Source: Candidatus Aenigmatarchaeota archaeon
Lineage (GTDB): Archaea > Aenigmatarchaeota > Aenigmatarchaeia > CG10238-14 > SCSR01
DNA: 64,000 nucleotides
Direction of reading: 5' to 3'
Assembly: GCA_018304615.1 (NCBI GenBank)
Contig: JAGVVV010000008.1
Span: 25,741-89,740, forward strand
The notes beneath the pieces are model-generated. The model searched no databases and was not told the DNA's origin. It saw nothing but the letters and a program-made list of their open reading frames with translations. This document shows positions 27,555 through 37,552 of this stretch, in pieces. Both the position numbers and the translations under genes were made by a program. Each line of letters begins with the position of its first letter. The first letter of the stretch is position 1.

Positions 27555-29597
27555 TTAATGAACTAATGAATACATCACAAAAAGAGTTCCGAATGTGAGT
27601 GAGATGGTTCCTAAAAGTTTGATCAAAACATGTAAACTTGGTCCTGCAGTGTCTTTTTGAGGGTCTCCAAATGTGTCACCAACAACTGCTGCCTTGTGAG
27701 CTTCAGATCCTTTTCCTCCTAAGAATCCTGCTTCTATATACTTCTTGGCATTATCCCATGCGGCCCCTCCTGTGTTCATCAACATTGCGAGAATGAACCC
27801 TGTAAAAGTGGCACCCATTAAGAAAGCTCCAACAGTGTCAGCGCCTAGAGTAAATCCTATGACAATCGGAATTATCACAGGCATCAGACCTGGAATTATC
27901 ATCTCCTTCTGTGCTGCAATAGTGCTGATGTCGACTGCACGAGAATAGTCTGGCTTTGCTTTTCCCTGCATGAGCCCTTTGATAGTCCTGAACTGCCTTC
28001 TGACTTCCTCGACCATCTTGAACGCGGCCTTACCGACTGCTCGGATTGCGAATGAAGCGAAAAGGAATGGGACCATGGAGCCTAAGAATAAACCGACTAT
28101 GATTTTTGGTGTGGAAATGTCCAGGGATTTTACCCCAGTGATTTCAATATACGCCTGGAAAAGTAGGAGCGCAGCAAGCCCTGCAGAACCCATCGCATAT
28201 CCTTTTGTCAATGCTTTTGTTGTATTTCCAACTGAATCAAGAGGATCTAATCTTTTTCTCAAAGATTTGTCTGCACCGCTCATCTCTGCGATTCCAGAAG
28301 CATTGTCTGCAATCGGACCGAAACCATCTAAACCCAGTACCATTCCTGCCACTGCGAGCATTCCCATAGTTGCGACAGCAGTTCCGTAGACTCCCCCAAG
28401 ATGGGAGCTCACACCAGTATCAGCAGCGAACAGACCGCCGAAATAAAATGAAGCAAGAATAGCACCTGCGATAATCACAACTGGAAGAGCTGTAGTTTCT
28501 AAACTGACTGCATAACCTGTAATGATGTTTGTTGCCACACCGGTTTTTGAAGCGTTTGCAATATCTTGAACAGGTCTGTATTTAGTTCCTGTGTAGTATT
28601 CAGTTACAAGAAGAATCAACATGCTCGCAATCACTCCGACTAATGCCGAGTAATAAAGGTTGATGTTATGCAAGGTGAAGTTCACGAGGAAATAGAAAGC
28701 CACGATGAGAAAAACTGTTGTTGCTATCACTCCGTTTCTCAGAGGTTTGAATGCGTTCTGTCCTTCTTTTCCTCTGACGAAAAAGAAACCGAAGAGGGTG
28801 GCGAAAATTCCAAGAGCTCTCGCAAGTAATGGGAAAATCACGAATAGAGCGTTTCCAGTTACAAGCGCGACAAGGGAACCAAGTAACATAGCAGCAATAT
28901 TCTCTCCGGCAGTTGATTCGAATAAATCAGCACCACGACCTGCACAGTCACCCACATTATCTCCGACATTATCAGCAATCACTGCAGCATTTCTTGGATC
29001 GTCTTCTGGAATTCCGGCTTCTATTTTTCCAACAAGATCAGCTCCGACATCAGCCGCCTTTGTGAATATTCCTCCGCCAAGCTGAGCGAACAAGGCTGCG
29101 AGGGAAGCTCCGAAACCAAACCCGATTATCAACTCAGGTTTGCCGTAAAAATAATAGAGTGTCGTAATTCCGAGAAGGCTGAGCGCGACATTGAAGAGAC
29201 CCATTACCATTCCACCGTAAAATGCAATCTTCAATGGTTGCCTGGAATTCTTCCTTGCAGCAAAAGTAGCTCGGACATTTGCTCTTGTTGCCACATCCAT
29301 GGAAACGAAACCTGCGATGAGTGAAGAAGCAGCACCGAAGATAAATGCAAATGAAGTCAGAGGCATCTTGGAGGATGTGTTGAAATCGAAAGCGAAATAA
29401 AGAAGAACTGCGACTATGGCTGCAATTATTGAAATTGATTTGTACTGCCTCTTCAGATAAGCTTTCGAGCCTTGTCTGATTGCATCATGGATCTCAATCA
29501 TCTTCGGCGTCCCGCGGGGCTGTTTGTTTATGTAGAAAGCTAGTCCGAGAGCGAATGCTAAAGACACGACACCAGCTGCTAATGGAAATTCTAACAT
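27555..29597 (-). CDS. hppA: Membrane-integral pyrophosphatase, K+-independent signature
   Basis: GGGIFTKAADVGADLVGKIE, DNVGDNVGD, GNTTKA. Confidence 0.96.
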   Translation of the reverse strand: MLEFPLAAGVVSLAFALGLAFYINKQPRGTPKMIEIHDAIRQGSKAYLKRQYKSISIIAAIVAVLLYFAFDFNTSSKMPLTSFAFIFGAASSLIAGFVSMDVATRANVRATFAARKNSRQPLKIAFYGGMVMGLFNVALSLLGITTLYYFYGKPELIIGFGFGASLAALFAQLGGGIFTKAADVGADLVGKIEAGIPEDDPRNAAVIADNVGDNVGDCAGRGADLFESTAGENIAAMLLGSLVALVTGNALFVIFPLLARALGIFATLFGFFFVRGKEGQNAFKPLRNGVIATTVFLIVAFYFLVNFTLHNINLYYSALVGVIASMLILLVTEYYTGTKYRPVQDIANASKTGVATNIITGYAVSLETTALPVVIIAGAILASFYFGGLFAADTGVSSHLGGVYGTAVATMGMLAVAGMVLGLDGFGPIADNASGIAEMSGADKSLRKRLDPLDSVGNTTKALTKGYAMGSAGLAALLLFQAYIEITGVKSLDISTPKIIVGLFLGSMVPFLFASFAIRAVGKAAFKMVEEVRRQFRTIKGLMQGKAKPDYSRAVDISTIAAQKEMIIPGLMPVIIPIVIGFTLGADTVGAFLMGATFTGFILAMLMNTGGAAWDNAKKYIEAGFLGGKGSEAHKAAVVGDTFGDPQKDTAGPSLHVLIKLLGTISLTFGTLFVMYSLVH

Positions 29598-29607
29598 CGT
29601 TTTTCCC

Positions 29608-29982
29608 CTAACCGATAGCTAAATGTTTCTTCGCCCTCAAATAAATAGTTTTGATTCCCTTGCTTTTTAATCTTTTTCTCAATTCCATGTCGTTTGTCGC
29701 GACGAGAGTGCCTTTGTCTGCGATGGAATGGATGACATCGTCAACATTTCCCTTTGGAGATTTCATCACATGAAAGTTGTCTGAATTAATAAATTTCAGA
29801 GACAGTTTGGCTTCGTTGCTAGATTTCTTAGTTCCTTTTGCCAAATTCTTCAGCTCTTTTTCGACAGAATCGAGAATTATGTTTTCATAAGGTTCGTCGA
29901 GAATTAGTTCTAGTTCTGCGAACAAGTCTAACTTGAACTTGATGATACTCATGATGAAATTAGTATCGTATATGATTTCCAT
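29608..29982 (-). CDS. PIN-domain nuclease (Fcf1/Utp24-like)
   Basis: IIYDTNFIM, VEKEL, VATNDMELRKRL; usual aIF2-gamma neighbour. Confidence 0.88.
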   Translation of the reverse strand: MEIIYDTNFIMSIIKFKLDLFAELELILDEPYENIILDSVEKELKNLAKGTKKSSNEAKLSLKFINSDNFHVMKSPKGNVDDVIHSIADKGTLVATNDMELRKRLKSKGIKTIYLRAKKHLAIG

Positions 29983-30035
29983 GGGAACACCTACAAAACA
30001 TTTATATAGCCTTTACTAAATGTATATAGGAAATC

Positions 30036-30443
30036 ATGAAAGGAATTTCTGCTGTCATTGCGACTATAATGATGCTTGTTATTACGATTGCCTTGGCAGG
30101 TGTTGCTTATCTTTACATCAGTGGGATTTTCACCCAGCAGACTGGAAGGATTGTTGCTCTGGAAGAGTCCGCAACATTCTGCAACACGACTGGAATATTC
30201 TTGTACGTGAAGAATACAGGTACACAATCATTCTCAAAGTCTAATTTGAACATAGGATTGCAAGGGTCCACATTACGTGATTGTAATTCTACTGCAGCAG
30301 GTGACACGGCAGTTCCTCCTGGTGGTGCATCGGTATTGTGCGAGAATTCGATTACAGGGACCTCTCAAGGATTCAACACAATCATTGTTTCTGGTAAAGG
30401 GCTTGGTCCAACGAACACAATCAGGACTCCAATAAGTTGCTAG
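30036..30443 (+). CDS. Archaeal type IV pilin-like protein
   Basis: MKG/ISAVIATIMMLVITIALAG, LYVKNTG. Confidence 0.88.
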   Translation: MKGISAVIATIMMLVITIALAGVAYLYISGIFTQQTGRIVALEESATFCNTTGIFLYVKNTGTQSFSKSNLNIGLQGSTLRDCNSTAAGDTAVPPGGASVLCENSITGTSQGFNTIIVSGKGLGPTNTIRTPISC

Positions 30444-31627
30444 AGAATTGTCCCATATCCTATAAGACGCCATCTTCCTGCAATCAACTTAGAAATAGCG
30501 ACCCTATCGTTTTTCTCGATTATGACAGGTATTTTTAGATTCATCTCTGTCTTGTCCTTCTTCATCGAAGAGACTTTGCCTATTGACCTTGCCGTTCCGA
30601 CGTTTACCATCAGCTCGTCATTAACCTTGACAGAAACGGGTTCGTTCAATCCTACAGATCTTTGGATGATTTTTATTTGGAGATTCAGTGAAAAGGTTGG
30701 CGGCGGCAATTTTCCGACGAGCCCTGCTATGTTTCCTACAAGTGCATCAGATTTTGTCAGAGAAGGGTCGAGTGATGTCATCACTCCGAGCAGACCTCCA
30801 GGTCCGGCAATGTCCATGTTCCTGTTTGCCTTCTGAAGTCCGACTACCTCTGCTTTCAGGCTCACATATTTGTTGCCGTTGCGGATGCCTGGGCTCAACT
30901 CTATCTCGTCTCCTACTTTCAGATTCCCAGACACAAGAGCTCCTCCGACTATTCCTCCGACCAAATCCTTTGGTTTATTTCCTGGTTTGTTTATGTCGAA
31001 ACTTCTGACCACAAGCATCTTTGGATCTTTCTGAGAATCTCTTTCAGGGGTCGGGATGGTTTCTTCTATACTTTCGATAAGAGAGTCTATGTTAACCTTC
31101 TGCTGGGCTGAAACAGGAATTATCGGAGAATTTTCTAGGGAACCCCCTTTGATAAAATTTTTTATTTCATTGTAGTTTTCCATAGCCCTTTCAGGAGTGA
31201 CCAAATCTATTTTGTTCTGGACTATTATCACATTTTTTATTCCCACGACTTCCAGAGCTGTCAGGTGTTCGCGGGTTTGTGGTTGAGGGCATTTCTCGTT
31301 TGCTGCAACCAAAAGCAGGGCTCCGTCCATAAGGCTGGCGCCTGTCAAGACCGTGGCCATCAATGTCTCGTGACCTGGTGCGTCAATAAAACTGACAGTT
31401 CTCAGAATCTCTGCATCGCTAAAACAGATTGGACATTTCTCAGAGGTTATGTAGTGCCCGTTCTTGCACTTGTAGAATGTAGCGTCTGCATATCCCAACC
31501 TTATCGTAATTCCTCTCTTCAGTTCTTCAGAATGAGTGAGTGTGAGTTTTCCAGTTAAGGCTTCTGTCAGAGTTGTTTTTCCGTGCGCGACATGTCCTAC
31601 CATCCCAATGTTGATTTCTGGAATCAT
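30440..31627 (-). CDS. eif2g: Translation initiation factor aIF2 gamma
   Basis: GHVAHGKTT, EELKRGITIRLGYA, DAPGHETLM, QNKID. Confidence 0.97.
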   Translation of the reverse strand: MIPEINIGMVGHVAHGKTTLTEALTGKLTLTHSEELKRGITIRLGYADATFYKCKNGHYITSEKCPICFSDAEILRTVSFIDAPGHETLMATVLTGASLMDGALLLVAANEKCPQPQTREHLTALEVVGIKNVIIVQNKIDLVTPERAMENYNEIKNFIKGGSLENSPIIPVSAQQKVNIDSLIESIEETIPTPERDSQKDPKMLVVRSFDINKPGNKPKDLVGGIVGGALVSGNLKVGDEIELSPGIRNGNKYVSLKAEVVGLQKANRNMDIAGPGGLLGVMTSLDPSLTKSDALVGNIAGLVGKLPPPTFSLNLQIKIIQRSVGLNEPVSVKVNDELMVNVGTARSIGKVSSMKKDKTEMNLKIPVIIEKNDRVAISKLIAGRWRLIGYGTIL

Positions 31628-31643
31628 TTTTGGAGAGAGTTCT

Positions 31644-32135
31644 TTATCCTTCTTTACCTTCCTCCCCTCCGCCTGCTTTTTCTTGCTTCACTTCTTGTTT
31701 CGGTTCTTCCTTTTTGACTTCAGGCTGTGGTTCGGCCTTCGCTTCTGCTTTGGATTTGGTTGGCGCTACTTCATCTAAGGATTTAGTTCCCATTTTCACG
31801 ACTTTCACATTCACCTGTGCGATAGAATCAGAAAGTGTGTCTCCCCTGACCATTTTCCTTTTTCTTTGGCCTTTCATGGCTGGATGGAATCCGGGTGGTG
31901 ATGACAATAAGACTTTCTTCCTGACAGGTCCTCTTACCTGAGGATGCATTGGGAAGCCGTCCCTGTCAGTTCCGCCTGTAATCTTGAAGGTATAACCAGA
32001 CAAACCGGCAAAGTCACCGTCGATCTCGTCGCCGATTTTTTTTCCTATCAATGAGTATGTCTTTGATTGATCTAATTCTACCTGATGGGTTTTCCTTGTT
32101 GATGGGTTGGAAATAACCAATTTCATTGAAGCCAT
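31644..32135 (-). CDS. rps6e: 30S ribosomal protein S6e
   Basis: ITGGTDRDGFPM, RKRKMVRG; charged C-terminal tail. Confidence 0.95.
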   Translation of the reverse strand: MASMKLVISNPSTRKTHQVELDQSKTYSLIGKKIGDEIDGDFAGLSGYTFKITGGTDRDGFPMHPQVRGPVRKKVLLSSPPGFHPAMKGQRKRKMVRGDTLSDSIAQVNVKVVKMGTKSLDEVAPTKSKAEAKAEPQPEVKKEEPKQEVKQEKAGGGEEGKEG

Positions 32136-32224
32136 TGATTCACCTGAATTCTTAATATGCATAGTTATTCTTAAATTTGTTGTTTGACTGCTGTCGGAGA
32201 AAATTCAGACTCAAATCTATGAAA

Positions 32225-32244
32225 TACCACTGGGTTGAGTGGTA
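32225..32244. promoter_or_regulatory. Palindromic operator candidate TACCACT-N6-AGTGGTA
   Basis: Perfect 7-bp inverted repeat upstream of TrmB gene; recurs at 33234. Confidence 0.6.
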
Positions 32245-32282
32245 AAATAAGGTTTTATCTGCACGTAGAGAAGGATTAATTA

Positions 32283-33083
32283 ATGGAAAAGAAGGAAGTG
32301 CTGGAAATATTGAAGAATTTTGGATTGAGCGAGTATGAGGCTAAGACGTATTCTAGTCTTCTTGTAGCAGGACCATCGAAAGCGGGCGACTTGAGTTTTG
32401 AATCTGGAGTGCCGCAGTCGAAAATTTACGAGACTTTGGAGATGTTGATGGAAAGGCGGATGATAGAAGTTTTCGAAGGCAGACCGAAAGAGTATAAAGC
32501 ACTGCCACCTGATCAAACATTGAGAAATCTGATAGAAGAAAAGGAGGTCGGGATTCAGAAATTGAAGGAAGATAGCATCAATTTGACGAAAGTTCTGAAA
32601 CAAAATAAAGAGGAGAAGGAAATTTTGGAAGGAGTATGGATGGTCAAAGGCAGGAAGTTCAATGAATTCTTTGATATCCTTTCAGACATGTTCGGCAGAA
32701 CTGAGAAATATGCAATCGCGATAACAAAAAATTTTTCATATTCATCTAGATTGAGGGAAGCGATAAAAAGTTGCAAGAGGAGAAAAATTGATTTGAAAAT
32801 TATAGGGATGGGAGAGATAACTTCAGAAAATTACCTGAGAGCGAAATGGTATCATGTGAATGGAATCCCTGTTAGGGTGTTCGACACGATTGTTCACCCA
32901 AGAATTCTTGTGATAGACGGAAAAGAAGTGAACATAAGATTGGATCATGATCATACGAAGAAAAAATTTGCATTTCATTCTATTTCTTCGCAAGATCCTT
33001 CACTTGTCAAAGTCATAGACACGTACATGAAGAATCTTTGGCAGAATTCTGTTCCTGTTGATTTCAAGAAAGTTCCTTCGTAA
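32283..33083 (+). CDS. TrmB-family transcriptional regulator
   Basis: FGLSEYEAKTYSSL, SGVPQSKIYETL, RPKEYKALPP, C-terminal effector domain. Confidence 0.92.
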   Translation: MEKKEVLEILKNFGLSEYEAKTYSSLLVAGPSKAGDLSFESGVPQSKIYETLEMLMERRMIEVFEGRPKEYKALPPDQTLRNLIEEKEVGIQKLKEDSINLTKVLKQNKEEKEILEGVWMVKGRKFNEFFDILSDMFGRTEKYAIAITKNFSYSSRLREAIKSCKRRKIDLKIIGMGEITSENYLRAKWYHVNGIPVRVFDTIVHPRILVIDGKEVNIRLDHDHTKKKFAFHSISSQDPSLVKVIDTYMKNLWQNSVPVDFKKVPS

Positions 33084-33088
33084 GAGAA

Positions 33089-33180
33089 TAGCGGGGCTCG
33101 GATTTGAACCGAGGACCTTCGGGTTTCTTAGATATATTTCATATGAGCCCGACGAGCACTCCAGGCTGCTCCACCCCGCT
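33089..33180 (-). tRNA. Initiator tRNA-Met(CAT) with 17-nt intron at 37/38 (33125-33141)
   Basis: A1-U72, GGG/CCC anticodon stem, CAT anticodon, relaxed BHB CTCA/TAAG. Confidence 0.93.
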
Positions 33181-33233
33181 TTGAAACTATTATAATTTCT
33201 TCCTTAGAAACTTAAACTTAAGAATTTGAAAAA

Positions 33234-33253
33234 TACCACTAATGGTGGTGGTT
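33234..33253. promoter_or_regulatory. Second operator candidate TACCACT-N6-GGTGGTT
   Basis: Near match to 32225 palindrome; extra half-site TACCACG at 33265. Confidence 0.5.
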
Positions 33254-33399
33254 TTTTCATTCAATACCACGATATCCAGTTCTAAATTTTAATCAAATGC
33301 CTTTTCACATCTAGTTCCTATGAGCAAAAAAAGGACAGAGAAGATCTGGACCAAAATAATTTTTCTTTTCAGGAAGCTCATAGAGGAGGTTGAAAATTG

Positions 33400-33705
33400 A
33401 TGGAATATGTAAGAAGACAGGGTTTGATTGAGAGAACCGTAAGAGGAGTGGTAAAATACGTTCCGGTAGGAACGGGGGTTTCTGTAGGGATAATCGGATA
33501 TGCACTTGCATCAAGTGGAACTTTGGTTTCACAAGGATTGTATACTCTTGTGACTGGTCACACTCAAGGAAACTCAGTAATGGATATTCTTTACAACGCC
33601 CGCAACATGGGCATGCTTGTTGGAGGAGGATCAGGCGGAGTAGCGTGGGTATTGTCTTGGAAGATGAAAAACGATTTACTAGACTGGTTTTTTGGAAAAC
33701 CTTAG
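33400..33705 (+). CDS. Hypothetical Gly-rich membrane protein
   Basis: GGAGG RBS; hydrophobic Gly-rich segments. Confidence 0.65.
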   Translation: MEYVRRQGLIERTVRGVVKYVPVGTGVSVGIIGYALASSGTLVSQGLYTLVTGHTQGNSVMDILYNARNMGMLVGGGSGGVAWVLSWKMKNDLLDWFFGKP

Positions 33706-33716
33706 GGGGTGAAAAG

Positions 33717-34034
33717 ATGAGTCAAGATTTGAGATATGTTAGAGATGGCGGAGTATTGGGTGTGATTGATGAAAATAGGGGAAAACTGGGACTCCTTGTT
33801 GGTCTTCTTGGAGGAGCATATGTGGCGACTAAAGGCCCACAAGTTGTGAGAGAGTGGAAAAGGCAAGATGCGAAAAATCTGGTCGACGAACTGAGAAATC
33901 AGGGCTACACATTAGCTCCGATAACTGGGAGTCAGCCTTCAGAACCGTATGCTGCATTGACAAATGCAATGACTGCAGCAGTCAAGCAAGGGTTCAAAGA
34001 TGGGGTAGCTGAATTGAAAGGTGGGCAAAAATGA
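33717..34034 (+). CDS. Hypothetical protein with one TM helix
   Basis: GGGGTGA RBS; LGLLVGLLGGAYVA. Confidence 0.65.
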   Translation: MSQDLRYVRDGGVLGVIDENRGKLGLLVGLLGGAYVATKGPQVVREWKRQDAKNLVDELRNQGYTLAPITGSQPSEPYAALTNAMTAAVKQGFKDGVAELKGGQK

Positions 34035-34303
34035 GTCAAGAAAAGCCAGAGGACATACTCAAGCCTATCATCTATTCTCTTTTCAAGGCTTGTATGTCTT
34101 TTCCAGATTATATGAATGAATACAGAACTGAAGTTACAAAAAAAGAACCGTTTAAAATTGATGATGTTCTGAAAACTGTTGGGGAGATGGCTAAACCATA
34201 CGAGCAGATGATACCAGCTTCGGCTAGACTCTTTCTGAAATTGGCAAGATCCGGAGGATTGAGTTATGTGATGAAGATAGCTGAAAAGTTGGCTGGTGAT
34301 TAA
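34031..34303 (+). CDS. Hypothetical protein
   Basis: Overlapping start/stop with neighbours, GGTGG RBS. Confidence 0.6.
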   Translation: MSQEKPEDILKPIIYSLFKACMSFPDYMNEYRTEVTKKEPFKIDDVLKTVGEMAKPYEQMIPASARLFLKLARSGGLSYVMKIAEKLAGD

Positions 34304-34652
34304 AATTGACAGGGTTCTCGAATACTGGACGAGATGGAAAGGTCTGGAAGTCACTCCAACTACAGCTCCATACTTTAGGGCGAATAAGTCTGCATACGAA
34401 GAGAGATTGAAGGAATTGCAGAGGCTTTCTGATGAAGTTATTTTAGATCCAAACCTACTTTCTTGCTATAAGGATTCTTTGTCAAATCAGATTTTTGATT
34501 CGATAATAATTCTTGGGAGACCTAACAAGAACGAAGTTCAGGAAATAATCAATTACTTGACGGCCTATGGTGCTGGAGTTGCAACTGGGGTCATAGGAAA
34601 GGAAGTGGTAGACGAGGTTTTAAACGTGAACAAAAATGAGAAGCCAGAATGA
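34296..34652 (+). CDS. Hypothetical protein
   Basis: Coupled ORF in same operon. Confidence 0.55.
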   Translation: MIKIDRVLEYWTRWKGLEVTPTTAPYFRANKSAYEERLKELQRLSDEVILDPNLLSCYKDSLSNQIFDSIIILGRPNKNEVQEIINYLTAYGAGVATGVIGKEVVDEVLNVNKNEKPE

Positions 34653-35034
34653 AATTGGAGATGATTTTGAAAAGGAAGTTGCTTTGTATTACCAAGTTCA
34701 CGCTGATTATGTTGATATAAACAGAAGGATCAAGGGACGAAGTGGCGTAATTCATGAACTCGACATATATGCCGTGAAAAAAGGACTTTTTGGAATCACA
34801 GAGACAGCTGTAGAGTGCAAGTACAAGAATAATGGGGACAAAGTGACTCAAGAAGAAGTCGCGAACTTCGTAGTGAAACTTTTGGATACATGTGTAAGAA
34901 GGGGTGATTTTGTGACGAATTCTGATTTCACTAACTATGCCAGATTGCTTGGAAATTTTCACAGATTGAGGTTGGTTGAAGGAAGAAGTTGGAACATGTT
35001 ATGCCAAAGATATGGGTTGCCGCAGAAACATTAA
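34636..35034 (+). CDS. Mrr-like PD-(D/E)xK restriction endonuclease domain protein
   Basis: FEKEVA, GRSGVIHELDI, AVECKY, FVTNSDFT. Confidence 0.85.
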   Translation: MRSQNEIGDDFEKEVALYYQVHADYVDINRRIKGRSGVIHELDIYAVKKGLFGITETAVECKYKNNGDKVTQEEVANFVVKLLDTCVRRGDFVTNSDFTNYARLLGNFHRLRLVEGRSWNMLCQRYGLPQKH

Positions 35035-35092
35035 TCAAACAGTTTCATTAGGATTGAAGAATTTAAAGAGTAAACACGAAAAAATAATAGAT

Positions 35093-36220
35093 ATGGTAGA
35101 GAAATTCATCGTCACCCCTTGGGAAGTGAGAGGACAGATAGATTATGAAAAACTTGTAAAAGAGTTCGGGACTAAACATATAAATCAGAAACTTCTAGAA
35201 AGAATAAAGAAACATACAGGAGAACTTCATCCATTTCTTAGAAGGGGAATTTTCTTTTCTCACAGAGATTTGGACTGGATTCTTAATGAATATGAAAAGG
35301 GAAATAAGTTCTTTTTGTATACTGGGAGAGCACCGTCAGGACCAGTACACATAGGGCATTTGATTCCGTGGATTTTTACTAAATGGCTTCAGGAGAAGTT
35401 TGATGTTGAGCTGTGGTTCCAGTTTCCAGACGAGGAGAAAACATTTTTCAAAGAGAATCTGACACTTGAAGATACGAAAAAGTTTACATATGAAAATGCG
35501 CTTGATGTGATTGCTCTTGGATTTGATCCGAAGAACACACACTTTTTGATTGACACAGTTAATGCTAAAACTATGTATAAGGAGGCTGTGAAGGTTGCAA
35601 AGAAGATTACATTTTCTACGACAAAGGCTGTGTTCGGATTTTCGAATGATACGAACATAGGAGCCATATTTTACACTGCCATGCAGACTGTTCCGGCGTT
35701 TCTGCCTTCAGTTATGAAAGGGAAGAACATTCCTTGTCTGATTCCATACGCCATTGATCAGGACGCCCATTTCAGGATTTCCAGGGATGTGTTGCCGAAG
35801 TTGGGATACTACAAGCCTGCTGCTATTCACTGCATATTCTTGCCTGGCCTGGGAGGAATTGTCGAACAGGGAAAGATGTCTTCTTCAGAAGAGGAGACGA
35901 CCATTTACACTACTGATGATCCTGAGACTGTCAAAAGAAAGATAGTCAAATATGCTTTCTCCGGTGGAGCTGCTACGATTGAAGAACATAGGAAGAAAGG
36001 TGGGAATCCAGACGTAGATGTCTCTTACCAGTGGCTGACTTTCTTTGAGGATGATGATAAGAAATTGAAAAAGATTCATGATGATTACATTTCGGGAAAA
36101 CTTCTAACAGGTGAATTGAAACAAATACTAATCTACAAGTTGAACTCCTTCCTAAAAGAGCATCAGAAGAAAAGAGAGAAAGCAAAAGATCATTACGATA
36201 AATTTATTTTCAAGGATTGA
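35093..36220 (+). CDS. trpS: Tryptophan-tRNA ligase
   Basis: VTPWEV, YTGRAPSGPVHIGH, AIDQDAHFR, KMSSS. Confidence 0.97.
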   Translation: MVEKFIVTPWEVRGQIDYEKLVKEFGTKHINQKLLERIKKHTGELHPFLRRGIFFSHRDLDWILNEYEKGNKFFLYTGRAPSGPVHIGHLIPWIFTKWLQEKFDVELWFQFPDEEKTFFKENLTLEDTKKFTYENALDVIALGFDPKNTHFLIDTVNAKTMYKEAVKVAKKITFSTTKAVFGFSNDTNIGAIFYTAMQTVPAFLPSVMKGKNIPCLIPYAIDQDAHFRISRDVLPKLGYYKPAAIHCIFLPGLGGIVEQGKMSSSEEETTIYTTDDPETVKRKIVKYAFSGGAATIEEHRKKGGNPDVDVSYQWLTFFEDDDKKLKKIHDDYISGKLLTGELKQILIYKLNSFLKEHQKKREKAKDHYDKFIFKD

Positions 36221-36226
36221 TGGTAG

Positions 36227-36814
36227 TTGCTGGACAAGTTTAATTTCTATTTTTCACCTCGATTTTATGAATTTGTCTTAAGTATTGTACATGGTAAAAA
36301 TTTCGAAAGAAGATACAAAGTCATATCGAGAAAAATAGGTAAAAGAAAGAAGGTTCTGGAGGTAGGATGTGGCACCTGCGAACTCTCTAAATTCATCGAC
36401 GAGAGTAACACTTATTACGGTCTGGATTTGAACAGAAAGTTCATGGATTATGGTAAGGGAAAAAGAGAAGGAATAAATCTTATACATGGAAACATTTTCG
36501 AGCTCAAAAAGTATCCAAAGGCTGATGTCATAGTGGCCGTGGATTTATTGCATCACATATTCCCAAAACATGAATTTTTATTGAGAAATTTGCTAAGAAA
36601 ATCCAAAGAAATCATAGTCTGCGAGCCATTCGGTGAAACCATGGCACCTTATTTTGACTTCGATGGTGTTAATCCGAACAGCTCAAAAAGAGGGCCTTTG
36701 GGATGGAAAGGGAAGTTCAAAACCAAAAAGAATCTTGTGGACTTTTTCAAATCTAACGGAGCGAAGGAAACGATTAAAATAGGTAAGGACATAATAGCGG
36801 TGTTTAAGAGATAA
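36227..36814 (+). CDS. Class I SAM-dependent methyltransferase
   Basis: VLEVGCGT, YGLDLN, DLLHHI. Confidence 0.85.
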   Translation: MLDKFNFYFSPRFYEFVLSIVHGKNFERRYKVISRKIGKRKKVLEVGCGTCELSKFIDESNTYYGLDLNRKFMDYGKGKREGINLIHGNIFELKKYPKADVIVAVDLLHHIFPKHEFLLRNLLRKSKEIIVCEPFGETMAPYFDFDGVNPNSSKRGPLGWKGKFKTKKNLVDFFKSNGAKETIKIGKDIIAVFKR

Positions 36815-36839
36815 ATTTAATAGGAGTCATTGTTTTATT

Positions 36840-37547
36840 ATGAAACCGTTTATTTCGGTGATAATCCCGACTTTGAATGAGGAAAAATATATTGAGAGGA
36901 CTCTCAAATCTCTGAAAAACCAAGACTTCAACAAGAAATTCGAGATAATTGTTTCTGATTCTAGAAGCAAGGACAAGACAGTAAAAATTGCAAGGAAGTA
37001 CGCTGACAGAGTTGTAGTGATTGATAAAAGGACGGTAGGTGCAGGCAGGAATGCCGGAGCAAAGGCAGCTAACGGAGAAGTTTTGATTTTTTTAGATGCG
37101 GATACCATTCCCATGTATAATTTCATTAACAAATTTGATGAGACATTCAAAGATAAAAAAGTTGTCGCTACGACATGCCCAATACTTCCTGATTCTTACA
37201 CCAATATAGAGCTTATCGGAACGTGGCTGCTTAATATGTTCCTCTTGAAGACCTCGATTAAATTGGGGAAGCCAGTGTTTCCGGGTATTTGTTTTGCCTG
37301 CAGGAAAGATGCGTTCAATAAAGCCGGAGGATATGATGAAACTATGAAACTCGTCGAAGACATAGAATTCTCGTCGAGGCTTAGAAAGATTAAAGGAAAA
37401 TACAAATTCATCCAAGAAACTTTTGTGATATCCTCTACAAGAAGGCACAAGAAATGGGGGCCTTTGAAAATAATAAATGCGTGGCCATTTGGATATATTC
37501 AATACAAAGTTTTGAAAAAAACACCTGATTATCCGCCAGTAAGATAA
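36840..37547 (+). CDS. GT2 glycosyltransferase
   Basis: ISVIIPTLNEE, GRNAGA, FLDAD, EDIEF. Confidence 0.92.
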   Translation: MKPFISVIIPTLNEEKYIERTLKSLKNQDFNKKFEIIVSDSRSKDKTVKIARKYADRVVVIDKRTVGAGRNAGAKAANGEVLIFLDADTIPMYNFINKFDETFKDKKVVATTCPILPDSYTNIELIGTWLLNMFLLKTSIKLGKPVFPGICFACRKDAFNKAGGYDETMKLVEDIEFSSRLRKIKGKYKFIQETFVISSTRRHKKWGPLKIINAWPFGYIQYKVLKKTPDYPPVR

Positions 37548-37552
37548 ACGAA

